NCBI GenBank assembly: GCA_963753165.1
Contig: CAVWBP010000002.1
Coordinates: forward strand, 185,280 to 249,279
Source: Thermodesulfovibrionales bacterium
GTDB taxonomy: Bacteria > Nitrospirota > Thermodesulfovibrionia > Thermodesulfovibrionales > SM23-35
Direction: 5' to 3'
DNA length: 64,000 nt
In this document: in pieces, positions 40,824 to 50,253 of the stretch
Layout of the letters: every line of letters starts with the position of its first letter
Position numbering within the stretch: the first letter of the stretch is position 1
The notes under the pieces: generated by a model
Databases searched by the model: none
The model's input: only the letters and a program-made list of their open reading frames with translations
What the model was told of the DNA's origin: nothing
Position numbers and translations under genes: made by a program

Positions 40824-42232
40824 GATCCTTCTCCTATGGTTTGTATCGCTCTTTCCAGCCGTTGCAGGGTTTTCGCCTTCCCCAGGATTTCGAGGACTTC
40901 GAATATCCCCGGACTTTCTGTCTTGCCTGTCATGGCAACCCGCACAGGCTGTGCAATCATGCCAAGCTTCAGGCTGTGAAGCCCGGCATATGATACAAAT
41001 ATCTTTTCTATCTCGGATGCAGCAAAATTTTCAAGTGGTTCAATCGCTTCCCTGATCCCCTCCAGGTGTGCAAGGGTCCCGGCATTCAGGAATTTTGCTT
41101 TTGCCTTCTCGTTGTATTCTATGTCTTCAGCAAGGTAAAACTGTAATCCATGGGCGAGTTCAACAAGGGTCTTCGCACGTTCCCTCAGAGAAAGCGCGGC
41201 CTTGCCCAGCCACTGCCTGTCGGGATGCTGTCCCTCGCCGATGATCTCTTGGCTTACAAGAAAAGGCATTACAAGCTCCACAAGCTCTTCGGGTGTTTTC
41301 TGCATGAGATAGTGACTGTTGAGCCAGAGGAGTTTTTCAGGGTTGAATACTGCAGCGGATTTTCCGACATGGTCGAAAGAAAAATACCCGGTCAATTCAT
41401 CTATAGAGAAAACCTCCTGGTCGCCGTATGACCAGCCGAGACGGACGAGATAATTGACAAGGGCTTCGGGCAGATATCCCATATCCCTGTACGCAATGAC
41501 TGATGTCGCTCCATGCCTTTTGCTGAGCCTTGTTTTATCTGCTCCGAGGATCATCGGGAGGTGGGCGAAGAGCGGGACCTCATCCCCGAGGGCTTTATAG
41601 ATATGGATTTGCTTCGGTGTATTGTTCAGGTGGTCGTCCCCCCTGATGACATGGGTTATCTTCATGTCCACATCGTCGACCACAACAGTGAAATTATAGG
41701 TCGGCGTCCCGTCAGAGCGGAGGATGATCAGGTCGTCGAGCTGGCTGTTTTCAAAGACTGTCCTGCCTTTGATCAGATCTTCCACAACCGCCTCTCCCTC
41801 CACCGGCATCAGAAAGCGTATCGCCGGACTCCTCCCGGGAACCGGAGCTTCCCTTTCCCTGCACCTGCCGTCGTATTTTGGCGACCTGCCCTGGGCAATC
41901 GCTTCTTTTCTCCTTGCTTCGAGTTCTTCGGATGAACAGTAGCAATAGTATGCTTTCCCTTCTTTTACCAGGGATTCCGCATAGTCCCTGTATTGGTCAA
42001 ACCTGTCAGTCTGCCTGTACGGACCCTCGTCCCAGTCGAGCTTCAGCCACTGCATGCCTTCCATAATCGAACCGATATATTCTTCGGTGGAACGGGTCCT
42101 GTCGGTATCTTCGATTCGCAGGATGAAAGACCCTTTGTTATGCCGTGCAAAAAGCCAGTTAAAGAGCGCTGTCCGTGCCCCGCCGATATGGAGATGACCG
42201 GTCGGACTCGGTGCAAACCTCACTCTTACCAT
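40820..42232 (-). CDS. gltX: Glutamate--tRNA ligase
   Basis: [21 protein letters not shown] and RLSKRHG motifs. Confidence 0.97.
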   Translation of the reverse strand: MVRVRFAPSPTGHLHIGGARTALFNWLFARHNKGSFILRIEDTDRTRSTEEYIGSIMEGMQWLKLDWDEGPYRQTDRFDQYRDYAESLVKEGKAYYCYCSSEELEARRKEAIAQGRSPKYDGRCREREAPVPGRSPAIRFLMPVEGEAVVEDLIKGRTVFENSQLDDLIILRSDGTPTYNFTVVVDDVDMKITHVIRGDDHLNNTPKQIHIYKALGDEVPLFAHLPMILGADKTRLSKRHGATSVIAYRDMGYLPEALVNYLVRLGWSYGDQEVFSIDELTGYFSFDHVGKSAAVFNPEKLLWLNSHYLMQKTPEELVELVMPFLVSQEIIGEGQHPDRQWLGKAALSLRERAKTLVELAHGLQFYLAEDIEYNEKAKAKFLNAGTLAHLEGIREAIEPLENFAASEIEKIFVSYAGLHSLKLGMIAQPVRVAMTGKTESPGIFEVLEILGKAKTLQRLERAIQTIGEGS

Positions 42233-42350
42233 CAGATTAACCTCCACCCTTCACATGAGATTGCCGGTATTCTCTCGAATGGTAATCATTCTATTATTTT
42301 TAAGCAACTTATTATTAAGAGTATATGTCGTATCAATCCATCCAAAATAA

Positions 42351-42448
42351 CTGTCATTCCCGCAAGTGAAGCGCGTCGGGAATCCTTCCGAATATAGGCG
42401 CACGCAGACAAGAACCGAAGAAGGATTCCGGACAAGCCGGAATGACAG
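42351..42448. repeat. REP-like palindromic repeat
   Basis: CTGTCATTCCCGC...GGGAATCCTT ... AAGGATTCCGGACAAGCCGGAATGACAG. Confidence 0.8.
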
Positions 42449-42565
42449 TACTGTAAATCTTTCATCTTTTTACTTGCCGGAGTAATAATAGAGTTACCAG
42501 TTCTTTATTATAGAGTATTGTCAATATATTTGGAGTATCCCGGTCTGCTGTGGCCGGAAAAATAT

Positions 42566-43951
42566 TTACAGCGCTTTCTTGAACTCCAGCTTCAGAAACC
42601 GTTTTGTCGTATCGGTTACCCTGAAGCGGTCATCACCCCTGAAGCCTGCTATCCAGACGATGTCGTCTCCTGAGGCAACAACGGGGATGATATCCCGTTC
42701 ATCCCTCGGAATTTTTGCATCGACAAAATAATCCTGAAGCTTCTTTCTTCTGCCGAATCCAAGGGGGTAGAAAAAATCACCGTTCTCTCTTGCACGAACG
42801 GTAAGTGTTTCTCCGGTTTTGTCCGCATCCAGCACGATCTGCATTTTGCCGTCGCCAAGCCCTTTCCCTTCCTCTACGAGTGACGCCTTGATAACGGCTT
42901 TTGCCTCCTTCAGGACAATTTCACCGGGAACGGGCAGTTCATAGTTGCCGATCCGCTGGGGTACCTCTGAGGTGAGGAGAAACGTTGCATAGCCTTTAAT
43001 AGCCCGTATCCCTTTTGGCAGATAGAGCCTGTCACCCGGGTTCCCGTTTTTCAGTAATTCGATGATTTCTTCGATGTGGATAAAACCTATACCCCTGAGG
43101 CCTTTTGTCTCGTCAAGCGCTCTCCGCAGCACCCTGCGCACGATGACCTTGTCCATAGTCCCGAAGGGAGCGAGGAAAAGCTCGATCGAGAGGTTCGTCT
43201 TCCTGCATATCATTTTCATGAGCGCTTTGGTCACAATGAGCTCAAAATATTTTTCCTCTTGCCTGAAGATTTCCGCTGTCCTCGCCAGGGTTTCTGCAAC
43301 ATCAGGATTCAGTTCCCTGAGCAGGGGGACAACGGAGAACCTGATTTTGTTCCTGAGGTAGTCTTTCTTCAGATTTGAAGAATCTACCACATACTCCAGC
43401 CGGTTTTCCTCAAGAAATCGTTCTATATCAGCCTTGGCCGTTTCAATAAGGGGCCTGATGATATGTTTTCTTACCGGAGGAATACCGGCAAGGCCTGCAG
43501 AGCCGGAACCCCGTAAAAACCGCATAAGGACCGTCTCCACCTGGTCATCGGCCGTATGTGCCATTGCGATCTTATCTGCTTTAACCTCGAAGGCTGCTTC
43601 ATCGAGTTTCCTGTAACGGAGTTCTCTCGCAGCCTCCTGTATATTGAGTCCCTGCTCCTGCGCGAAGGCCCTCACATCAACAGCCTTCTTCATGAATGGG
43701 ACAGAGAGCGTATCACAGAATTTTTTGCAGAAGGCGATTTCAGCAGGGGTTTCCTCCGGTCTCATCCCATGATCGACATACAGGGCATGAATGTCGAGGG
43801 TCAGTCTCTCTTTGAGGCGGCAAAGAACCGAGAGGAGGCATACGGAATCAGGGCCTCCCGAAAGACTGACGAGCACCCTTTCTCTGCCGAGCAGCATCGA
43901 GAACTTATTGATCGTATCCAGTATTTTATCGTGAAGTGTCTGAGATGACAT
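42566..43951 (-). CDS. tilS: tRNA(Ile)-lysidine synthetase
   Basis: SGGPDS PP-loop, AHTADDQVET, RPL, RNKIR and TilS C-terminal domain. Confidence 0.96.
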   Translation of the reverse strand: MSSQTLHDKILDTINKFSMLLGRERVLVSLSGGPDSVCLLSVLCRLKERLTLDIHALYVDHGMRPEETPAEIAFCKKFCDTLSVPFMKKAVDVRAFAQEQGLNIQEAARELRYRKLDEAAFEVKADKIAMAHTADDQVETVLMRFLRGSGSAGLAGIPPVRKHIIRPLIETAKADIERFLEENRLEYVVDSSNLKKDYLRNKIRFSVVPLLRELNPDVAETLARTAEIFRQEEKYFELIVTKALMKMICRKTNLSIELFLAPFGTMDKVIVRRVLRRALDETKGLRGIGFIHIEEIIELLKNGNPGDRLYLPKGIRAIKGYATFLLTSEVPQRIGNYELPVPGEIVLKEAKAVIKASLVEEGKGLGDGKMQIVLDADKTGETLTVRARENGDFFYPLGFGRRKKLQDYFVDAKIPRDERDIIPVVASGDDIVWIAGFRGDDRFRVTDTTKRFLKLEFKKAL

Positions 43952-43954
43952 CCT

Positions 43955-44260
43955 TCAGCTCCAGGGGTCGTCCTGCAAAGTTTTGAGGTAGTCTTCCCAT
44001 TCAATGGGAAGGAGATATTTCTTTTTTGTATTGCACTCCTTGCATGCAGGGACGATATTTCCTTTCAAAGATTTCCCGCCCCGAACGAGCGGAACGAGAT
44101 GTTCCATAGTCAATTCTTTGGGATGGACTTTCTTCCTGCAGAAATAGCAGGCCCCTGCCGAACACTTCCTCTTCCACCATTGTGTTTTTCTGAGGGTCTG
44201 TGCCTTTATTTTCTCTTTCTTGATTTCTTCTTCAGTAACCGGTGAAATAAATGCTTCCAT
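43955..44260 (-). CDS. Small HNH endonuclease-family protein
   Basis: CYFC...TMEHLVPLVRGGKS..GNIVPACKECN. Confidence 0.9.
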   Translation of the reverse strand: MEAFISPVTEEEIKKEKIKAQTLRKTQWWKRKCSAGACYFCRKKVHPKELTMEHLVPLVRGGKSLKGNIVPACKECNTKKKYLLPIEWEDYLKTLQDDPWS

Positions 44261-44283
44261 ATGTCCTGTATTCTTGTTTTGTT

Positions 44284-44352
44284 GTCATTCTCCGGCTTGA
44301 CCGGGGAATCCAATTGTTTTTTCTGGATTGCCCGATCAAGTCGGGCAATGAC
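44284..44352. repeat. REP-like palindromic repeat
   Basis: GTCATTCTCCGGCTTGACCGGGGAATCCA ... TGGATTGCCCGATCAAGTCGGGCAATGAC. Confidence 0.8.
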
Positions 44353-44385
44353 TCCTTTTGGATTGATTGAGACAATGAAATACTG

Positions 44386-44721
44386 CTAAAACATTTTGCC
44401 CAGATCTCCGATCCCGGGCATCTGCAGACCGCCGGTGAGTTTCGACATTTCACCCTGCACCATTTCCTGCGCCCTGCGGAGAGCCTCGTTCGCCGCTGCG
44501 ATAACAAGGTCCTGCAGCATCTCTACATCTTCCGGATTCACGACATCCTTCTCGATCTTGAGAGAAATGAGCTCTCCGGCGCCGCTTGCAACTGCGGTGA
44601 CCATGCCGCCGCCTGCGGTTGCTTCAACGGTCTTTTTCTTTGCCTCTTCCTGCATCTTTGCCATCTCAGTCTGGAGCTTCTGTGCCTGACGCATGAGATC
44701 ACCAAGCATTTTTTTCGACAT
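44386..44721 (-). CDS. ybaB: YbaB/EbfC nucleoid-associated protein
   Basis: QAQKLQ, AGGGMVT and DVEMLQDLVIAAANEA motifs; lies downstream of dnaX. Confidence 0.95.
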   Translation of the reverse strand: MSKKMLGDLMRQAQKLQTEMAKMQEEAKKKTVEATAGGGMVTAVASGAGELISLKIEKDVVNPEDVEMLQDLVIAAANEALRRAQEMVQGEMSKLTGGLQMPGIGDLGKMF

Positions 44722-44771
44722 ACTTTCCTCCGTGTCCGTTATTTACAGCCTCATAAACAACTTTATCAATT

Positions 44772-44820
44772 CACCCTCTCCCAACCCTCCCCCTGGAGGG
44801 AGAGGGTAAGGGTGAGGGTG
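44772..44820. repeat. CCCTCTCCC/GGGAGAGGG-type REP-like palindrome
   Basis: CACCCTCTCCCAACCCTCCCCC-TGGA-GGGAGAGGGTAAGGGTGAGGGTG. Confidence 0.6.
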
Positions 44821-44887
44821 ATCATTCTATAGGATTTATAGGTCTGGTGCCATACGAAATAAGTTGTTCACCATTCCGGCTGCCTGA

Positions 44888-46573
44888 CTATGCGTCCTTT
44901 TCGTCTGTCCCGGGTATCACATCAACAACCCTTCCGTCGAACAATTCAAGCACCGATTTGATTTCCGGATCTGCCATGATTTCATTCTTCAGATCTTTTT
45001 TCCGGGCTATTTTTTTCTTTTTCGTCACTATCTCAATAGTAATCCTGTCCCCGAGTTCCTCGGAGAAAACTTCTGCTATGCTTTTGCCCTGTTTCTTTAT
45101 CGAATCTGCAAAGACCGAATCTCCACCGTTCAAAGTGAGCACAAGCGTGCTGCCGGTGAGTGTATGCTCTGCCTTGAATAACTTCGAGGCAAGCGGGGCA
45201 GCCATCTTCTTGAGGGCCTTTTCCCAGATTTCTTCAGTCAGGAGCACGCCCTCCTGTGTAGTCTCTTCTGTATCATCCGAATCCTCGGTTCCTGTATCGC
45301 TCTGCATCTCTTCAATGTCTGTCTTTTCCTCACTGGCCACTGCATCATGTTCAGCAACGGCTTCCCGGACCTCATTTGCGGGAGAATAAGCGCTGTCCGG
45401 CTGGTCATGTTCCCCTGTTCTCTCTCTCCCCGGTTCCTGCGCCAGAAGGGAATCCAGATGTTCCAGGATTGTTTTTACCGGCGTCATATCGCTCAGGAAA
45501 CTGATCCTCAGGAGTGACATCTCAAGAGAGATGCGGGGAGAGGTGGCGCTCCGTATCTCCACTTCCGCCTTGAGCAACTCGGCAAGCACCAGGGTAAGGC
45601 GGTCTTCGGAGGTGCTGCGCATGATTTTTTTCAATATGTGCAGTTCCTCATTGCCGAGTTCGAGTATCTCCTCAGGGTTTTTTACAACACATGCGACGAG
45701 AAGATCCCTGAAGAACTGGATGAGCTCCTTCATGAATGATCTGATATCGGTGCCCTTTTCCGCAAGCTCGCCGGTGATTCTGAGAATGTCCGTCCTTTTC
45801 CCCTCCAGCAGCGCCTCTGCGGTCTGCACCAGAAGGCCGGTTTCTGTGATACCAAGGAGGTCACGGATATCGGCTTCGCTGATGTCGGTCGAGAACGAAG
45901 ATATCTGGTCGAGGATTGTAAGGGAGTCGCGCATACTGCCGTCAGCAGCCCGTGCAACCATTTCCAGCGCAGTCCCGGAAATCCTGATGCTTTCTGTCTC
46001 AGCGATCTTTTTCAGCCTCTCCCTGATTTTTGCCAGCGTGATCCTTTTGAAAGGCAGGTGCTGGCAGCGCGAAAGGACCGTCAGGGGGATTTTCCTGGGC
46101 GCCGTCGTCGCAAGCACGAAGACGACATGGGGAGGAGGTTCTTCAAGGGTTTTCAGGAGGGCATTAAACGCTGCGTCAGTGAGCATATGCGTTTCGTCGA
46201 TAATATAGACTTTATATCGGCCGCCGGAAGGGACATACTTCACCCGTTCTCTGAGATCGCGGATATCATTCACGCTGTTATTCGACGCACCGTCTATTTC
46301 CATGACATCCACGGAAGAGCCGTCGGTTATAGAGGTGCAGAATGAACAGGTTCCGCAGGGAACAGACGTAGGTCCTTCCTTGCAGTTGAGGGCTTTCGCG
46401 AGTATGCGCGCGGTTGAGGTTTTTCCCACTCCTCTGGGACCGGAAAAGAGATACCCGTGCGCAATTTTTTTCTGTTCGAGGGAATTTTGCAGAATACGGA
46501 CTATGGGTTCCTGACCGACGAGGTCTTCAAACTCCTGGGGTCTCCATTTCCTTGCAAGGACTATATAACTCAT
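44888..46573 (-). CDS. dnaX: DNA polymerase III subunit gamma/tau
   Basis: LARKWRPQ, GPRGVGKT, EIDGASN, AFNALLKTLEEPP and SRCQ motifs. Confidence 0.97.
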   Translation of the reverse strand: MSYIVLARKWRPQEFEDLVGQEPIVRILQNSLEQKKIAHGYLFSGPRGVGKTSTARILAKALNCKEGPTSVPCGTCSFCTSITDGSSVDVMEIDGASNNSVNDIRDLRERVKYVPSGGRYKVYIIDETHMLTDAAFNALLKTLEEPPPHVVFVLATTAPRKIPLTVLSRCQHLPFKRITLAKIRERLKKIAETESIRISGTALEMVARAADGSMRDSLTILDQISSFSTDISEADIRDLLGITETGLLVQTAEALLEGKRTDILRITGELAEKGTDIRSFMKELIQFFRDLLVACVVKNPEEILELGNEELHILKKIMRSTSEDRLTLVLAELLKAEVEIRSATSPRISLEMSLLRISFLSDMTPVKTILEHLDSLLAQEPGRERTGEHDQPDSAYSPANEVREAVAEHDAVASEEKTDIEEMQSDTGTEDSDDTEETTQEGVLLTEEIWEKALKKMAAPLASKLFKAEHTLTGSTLVLTLNGGDSVFADSIKKQGKSIAEVFSEELGDRITIEIVTKKKKIARKKDLKNEIMADPEIKSVLELFDGRVVDVIPGTDEKDA

Positions 46574-46580
46574 AGGTGTT

Positions 46581-46637
46581 GTCATTGGTCACTGGTCAAT
46601 AGTCAATGATTTTTTACGACTGTTGACCAATGACTGT
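46581..46637. repeat. Heptamer tandem repeats in inverted arrangement (STRR-like)
   Basis: GTCATTG GTCACTG GTCAATA GTCAATG ... CGACTGT TGACCAA TGACTGT. Confidence 0.65.
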
Positions 46638-46660
46638 TATTTTTGTCTTCCTTCAGCCTG

Positions 46661-46756
46661 AAAGCGGCTGCCTCCGGCACCCAGGGAAAACGTTTACCGC
46701 TGCTTCCTTCCGGACCTGACGGAATTCACATCCCCCTGCTGCGAAGGGCCGCTCCC
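46661..46756 (-). ncRNA. ffs: Signal recognition particle RNA (small bacterial 4.5S type)
   Basis: Minus strand contains CCGTCAGGTCCGGAAGGAAGCAGCGG (domain IV) within a long hairpin; canonical position upstream of dnaX. Confidence 0.93.
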
Positions 46757-46775
46757 AGGCTGAAAAAAGACAAAA

Positions 46776-46803
46776 TGGCGGAGAGAGTGGGATTTGAACC
46801 CAC
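46776..46803 (-). repeat. att duplication of the tRNA-Ser 3' end
   Basis: TGGCGGAGAGAGTGGGATTTGAACCCAC is identical to 48527..48554. Confidence 0.92.
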
Positions 46804-47031
46804 AGAGCACCGCGCCAGTTTTGGTTTTGTCAGGCAGTTGGTGACGGTTGGCTGACGGTTTTGATTTCAATAGCCTTGCTATTTTGAATCTGCCTGAAAG
46901 CATAAACGACTTTTATTTTAGCATATACCTCGGTTGATTTTATTCCTAATTGCATCTGTCCTTCTTTAAACATTCATATGTGTTGACTTTTCCTAAGGGA
47001 TAAGAATCAATGATTTGCAAGGAGAAACAAT

Positions 47032-47064
47032 AAAAAAGGCAGAGCCTTTTCTGACTCTGCCTTT
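47032..47064 (-). terminator. Intrinsic terminator of the islet secreted-protein gene
   Basis: Minus strand AGGCAGAGTCAGAAAAGGCTCTGCCTTTTTT. Confidence 0.8.
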
Positions 47065-47116
47065 ATGTTTTTTATTTGAATAGAAAGATCTTATACTTAA
47101 TTAGGACTTTCCGCTT

Positions 47117-47617
47117 TTATTTGCGAGCGGGTTCCACCAGCCCATTTTCCACGGTAGGAACGTAGACCTTTGCCTCTGATATAGGGCAGGTGCCGGGTTC
47201 GCAGAAGCAATATTTAACTTGCCCAACGTTGAAACAATCCCTCCACACTTCCCAGTATAAACCATTACCATTTGTAGATTCCGCATAATTTTCATCTTCG
47301 AAGGTTCCGGATGTTTCTCCATCCATACCCACTGGATCTGCGTGCCAACCACAGTAAACATCAGGGTATCCACTTATATCACAGCCTTTGAAAACGGTCA
47401 AACTTGATGGGCATCCTCCAGGGTCATAGCCAATGTCAAGCGATTCGATGCCAGAGAGCTGGTCACCAACCTGAGTGAAGCTTGCTGTTCCATGGTATTG
47501 ACAACCATTATAATTAACGTATACATACCATAAACCGGAAAGACTCTGACCAAATGCGGAAGTTGCCATTAACACCACAAACATTGTTGCCAAAAAAATC
47601 GAAAAGCACTTTCTCAT
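47117..47617 (-). CDS. Secreted Cys-rich hypothetical protein, 166 aa
   Basis: GGAGGA RBS; signal peptide MRKCFSIFLATMFVVLMATSAFG; beta-rich body; C-terminal VGQVKYCFCEPGTCPISEAKVYVPT module. Confidence 0.8.
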   Translation of the reverse strand: MRKCFSIFLATMFVVLMATSAFGQSLSGLWYVYVNYNGCQYHGTASFTQVGDQLSGIESLDIGYDPGGCPSSLTVFKGCDISGYPDVYCGWHADPVGMDGETSGTFEDENYAESTNGNGLYWEVWRDCFNVGQVKYCFCEPGTCPISEAKVYVPTVENGLVEPARK

Positions 47618-47799
47618 AATTTCCTCCATTTTTGATTGTGAATATTTTATATTTGTCACAATACAGAAAACTGTGTAGGATGTCAATGGTTTTTGGAGTT
47701 TCCTGAGCTTTTCCAGCGAGAATCAACTAACCTTTTGAAGCAAAAAGAAAAGAGAAGAAAGGTATCCGGAAGGTTGTTTTTCTTGGATTGCTTTTGCCC

Positions 47800-48253
47800 G
47801 GATTTTATCAATGTTTATTTTGGTGGAGATGAAGCCTGGCTAGGGGGATACCAGTTAGAAAATCAGAGTGCTACTGATGCAGGGTGGCAATGGATCACGG
47901 GTGAGCCATGGTCTTACACGAACTGGGATGGCGGTGAGCCGAATGACTGTTGCACTGATGAAGAGAATAATGAGGAAAATTATCTTATGGTGTTCGATGA
48001 TTCAACGTGGAACGACAATAACAGTGGCGATAACTTAGGTGGTATGCTGGTGGAATTTGAAAACTGCGCCGGAAGCCTCTGCTATGTGCCGTGTACGCCG
48101 GGAGGATGCGACCCTTCATATTGTAATGTTTATGTCCCCGGTTTAATAAGCCCTGTCAGCGTAGGGCAGGTAAATTACTTGGTCTGCGATGGACCTTGTC
48201 CTCCATCCGCTTGTGTAGTGTTTGTCCCTACGTTCCCTGCCCTTGCATTTTAA
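47800..48253 (+). pseudogene. 5'-truncated C-type lectin-like domain protein with two Cys-rich C-terminal modules
   Basis: DFIN..AWLGG..WQWITGEPWSYTNWDGGEPND..WND is the C-terminal half of a CTL fold. The N-terminal half and an in-frame signal peptide are missing. Confidence 0.7.
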
Positions 48254-48268
48254 CCGCAATTCTTTCAG

Positions 48269-48299
48269 AGGCAGAGTCATTTCTGACTCTGCCTTTTTT
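48269..48299 (+). terminator. Intrinsic terminator of the lectin-like gene
   Basis: AGGCAGAGTCA-TTTC-TGACTCTGCCT followed by a T-tract. Confidence 0.85.
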
Positions 48300-48526
48300 A
48301 TTGATTATTCGAACTAATCAACGGTTTCGATTTTTGCGATCGGTTTCTTGGCACCTATATAGAGGGCAATTTTCGAAGAAATACTATTACGCTATAACTA
48401 CCTGAGGACTTTTGATGCCTATAACTCAGGTGGTAGGGGTTTTGAAACGACAGTTACGGTGACGGTTTGGTGACGATAATTGAGGGCTTTTTTGCTCTTT
48501 CGTTGATTGATTACAAATAAAAATAA

Positions 48527-48617
48527 TGGCGGAGAGAGTGGGATTTGAACCCACGGTACGGGTTTAGCGTACACACGATTTCCAGTCGTGCTCCTTCGGC
48601 CGCTCGGACATCTCTCC
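48527..48617 (-). tRNA. tRNA-Ser (anticodon GGA)
   Basis: GGAGAGATGTCCGAGCGGCCGAAGGAGCACGACTGGAAATCGTG...GGTTCAAATCCCACTCTCTCCGCCA; long variable arm and encoded CCA. Confidence 0.97.
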
Positions 48618-48680
48618 AGAAGTTTATATGCAAAAATCACCGAAGCTTTGCTCCAAAATCAAAGAGATATTTTTTTCTCA

Positions 48681-48772
48681 TGTCATTCCCGCTTGTCGGG
48701 AATCCTTCTTGCGATCTTACGGGTACCCTTAACAGAAGGAGAGGGAAGGATTCCGGTCAAGCCGGAATGACA
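48681..48772. repeat. REP-like palindromic repeat
   Basis: TGTCATTCCCGCTTGTCGGGAATCCTTC ... GAAGGATTCCGGTCAAGCCGGAATGACA. Confidence 0.85.
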
Positions 48773-48821
48773 AATAAAAGTACTTATTAAGATTAAATGG
48801 AAAACACTGATAAAATCAAGG

Positions 48822-50253
48822 TTATGATGACAGTTTCGTCTTTAACAATTCATTCACCATCTGAGGGTTTGCCTTGCCCTTGGTCAATTTCATGACCTGG
48901 CCGACGAAAAAGCCCATAAGTTTCTCTTCCCCGGCCCTGAACCTCTCGGTTTCTTTCGGATGCCCTGCAATAACATCCTCGACAGCCTTTTCCAACTCTC
49001 CGGAGTCGCTTATCTGCACCAGACCTTTTTCCTGCACGATCTCCCCTGCTGTCTTTGTGGTCCTGTACATCTCCTCAAATACGGTCTTTGCGATCTTTCC
49101 ACTGATTGTCCCCTCCCCGATGAGCTTCAGCATGTCGATGAGACGGGCCGGCTCAAGGGGACATTCCTCAATGGTTCTGTTTTCAGCGTTCAGCAGTTTC
49201 ATGAGGTCGCCCATAATCCAGTTTGCAACAGTCTTGGGTTGCCCGCCGAGTTTTACCGCGTCTTCAAACCATTCGGAAAGAGGTTTCTCCGAGGTGAGCA
49301 GGTCGGCGTCTGCTTCGGGCAGACCGTATTCAGAGACAAAGCGCTCCCGCTTCGCATCAGGCAATTCAGGGAGCGAAGCACGTATCGCATCAATCAGTTC
49401 CCGGGCGACTGTCATGGGAACGAGGTCAGGTTCCGGAAAATACCGGTAATCGTGGGCTTCTTCCTTGCCCCGCATGGATTCGGTTACCCCAGCTGCCTGA
49501 ATCCCAGAGTCTCGTCTCCTGGATGATTTTTCCGCCTTCTTCGATAACTTTTTTCTGTCGTTTTATCTCATATTCGAGGGCTTTTTCAACGAAACGGAAT
49601 GAATTTAGGTTTTTTATTTCAACTTTCACCCCGAATTCCTGCCGGCCGACAGGACGCACTGAGACATTTGCGTCACATCTGAGCGATCCCTGATCCATAT
49701 TGCCGTCACATACCCCAAGATATATGAGGATTGTGCGAAGTTTTTTCATATATGCGATAGCTTCCTGCGGACTTCTCAGGTCAGGCTCCGAAACGATTTC
49801 CATGAGCGGAACGCCGGCCCTGTTGAGGTCGACAAAACTGAAATCCCCGGCGCCTTCATGAATATTTTTTCCTGCGTCCTCTTCCATGTGGATTCTTGTA
49901 ATGCCGATTTTTCTGGCCTGTCCGTCGACGAGAATTTCTATCTGTCCATGTTCACAGATCGGCAATTCGTACTGGCTTATCTGATAGCCCTTGGGAAGGT
50001 CCGGATAAAAATAATTTTTTCTGGCGAACCTGCTGTAGGGAGATATGGTGCAGTGTGTTGCCAGGCCGGTTCTGATCGCAAACCCGAGGGCTTTGTTGTT
50101 CAGAACGGGAAGCACCCCCGGCATGCCTATGCAGACAGGACAGGTCTGGGTGTTCGGCCCGGACCCGAACAGCGTTGAACAGCCGCAGAATATCTTCGTA
50201 TCGGTGCGCATCTGAGCGTGTACTTCAAGCCCAATGACAGCTTCGTATTTCAT
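48822..50253 (-). CDS. gatB: Asp/Glu-tRNA amidotransferase subunit B (apparent +1 frameshift near 49497)
   Basis: [22 protein letters not shown] and ETRLWD in ORF 49426..50277 continue as [18 protein letters not shown] in ORF 48822..49475. Confidence 0.93.

Larger units (their letters stand above)
46776..48554. mobile_element. Integrase-less genomic islet integrated at tRNA-Ser
   Basis: Bounded by a 28-bp direct repeat of the tRNA 3' end; AT-richer than the flanks by eye; tandem GGTGACGGTT-like repeats near both ends. Confidence 0.8.

Noticed and set aside
46776-46860. Second tRNA-Ser gene
   Set aside because: Only the 28 nt covering the T-arm and acceptor 3' strand match. The rest cannot form a cloverleaf, so it is an att duplication.
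47030-48300. Shufflon or invertible cassette between the two islet genes
   Set aside because: The shared terminator stems are self-complementary. There is no recombinase and no repeated crossover site at the 5' or internal junctions of the genes.
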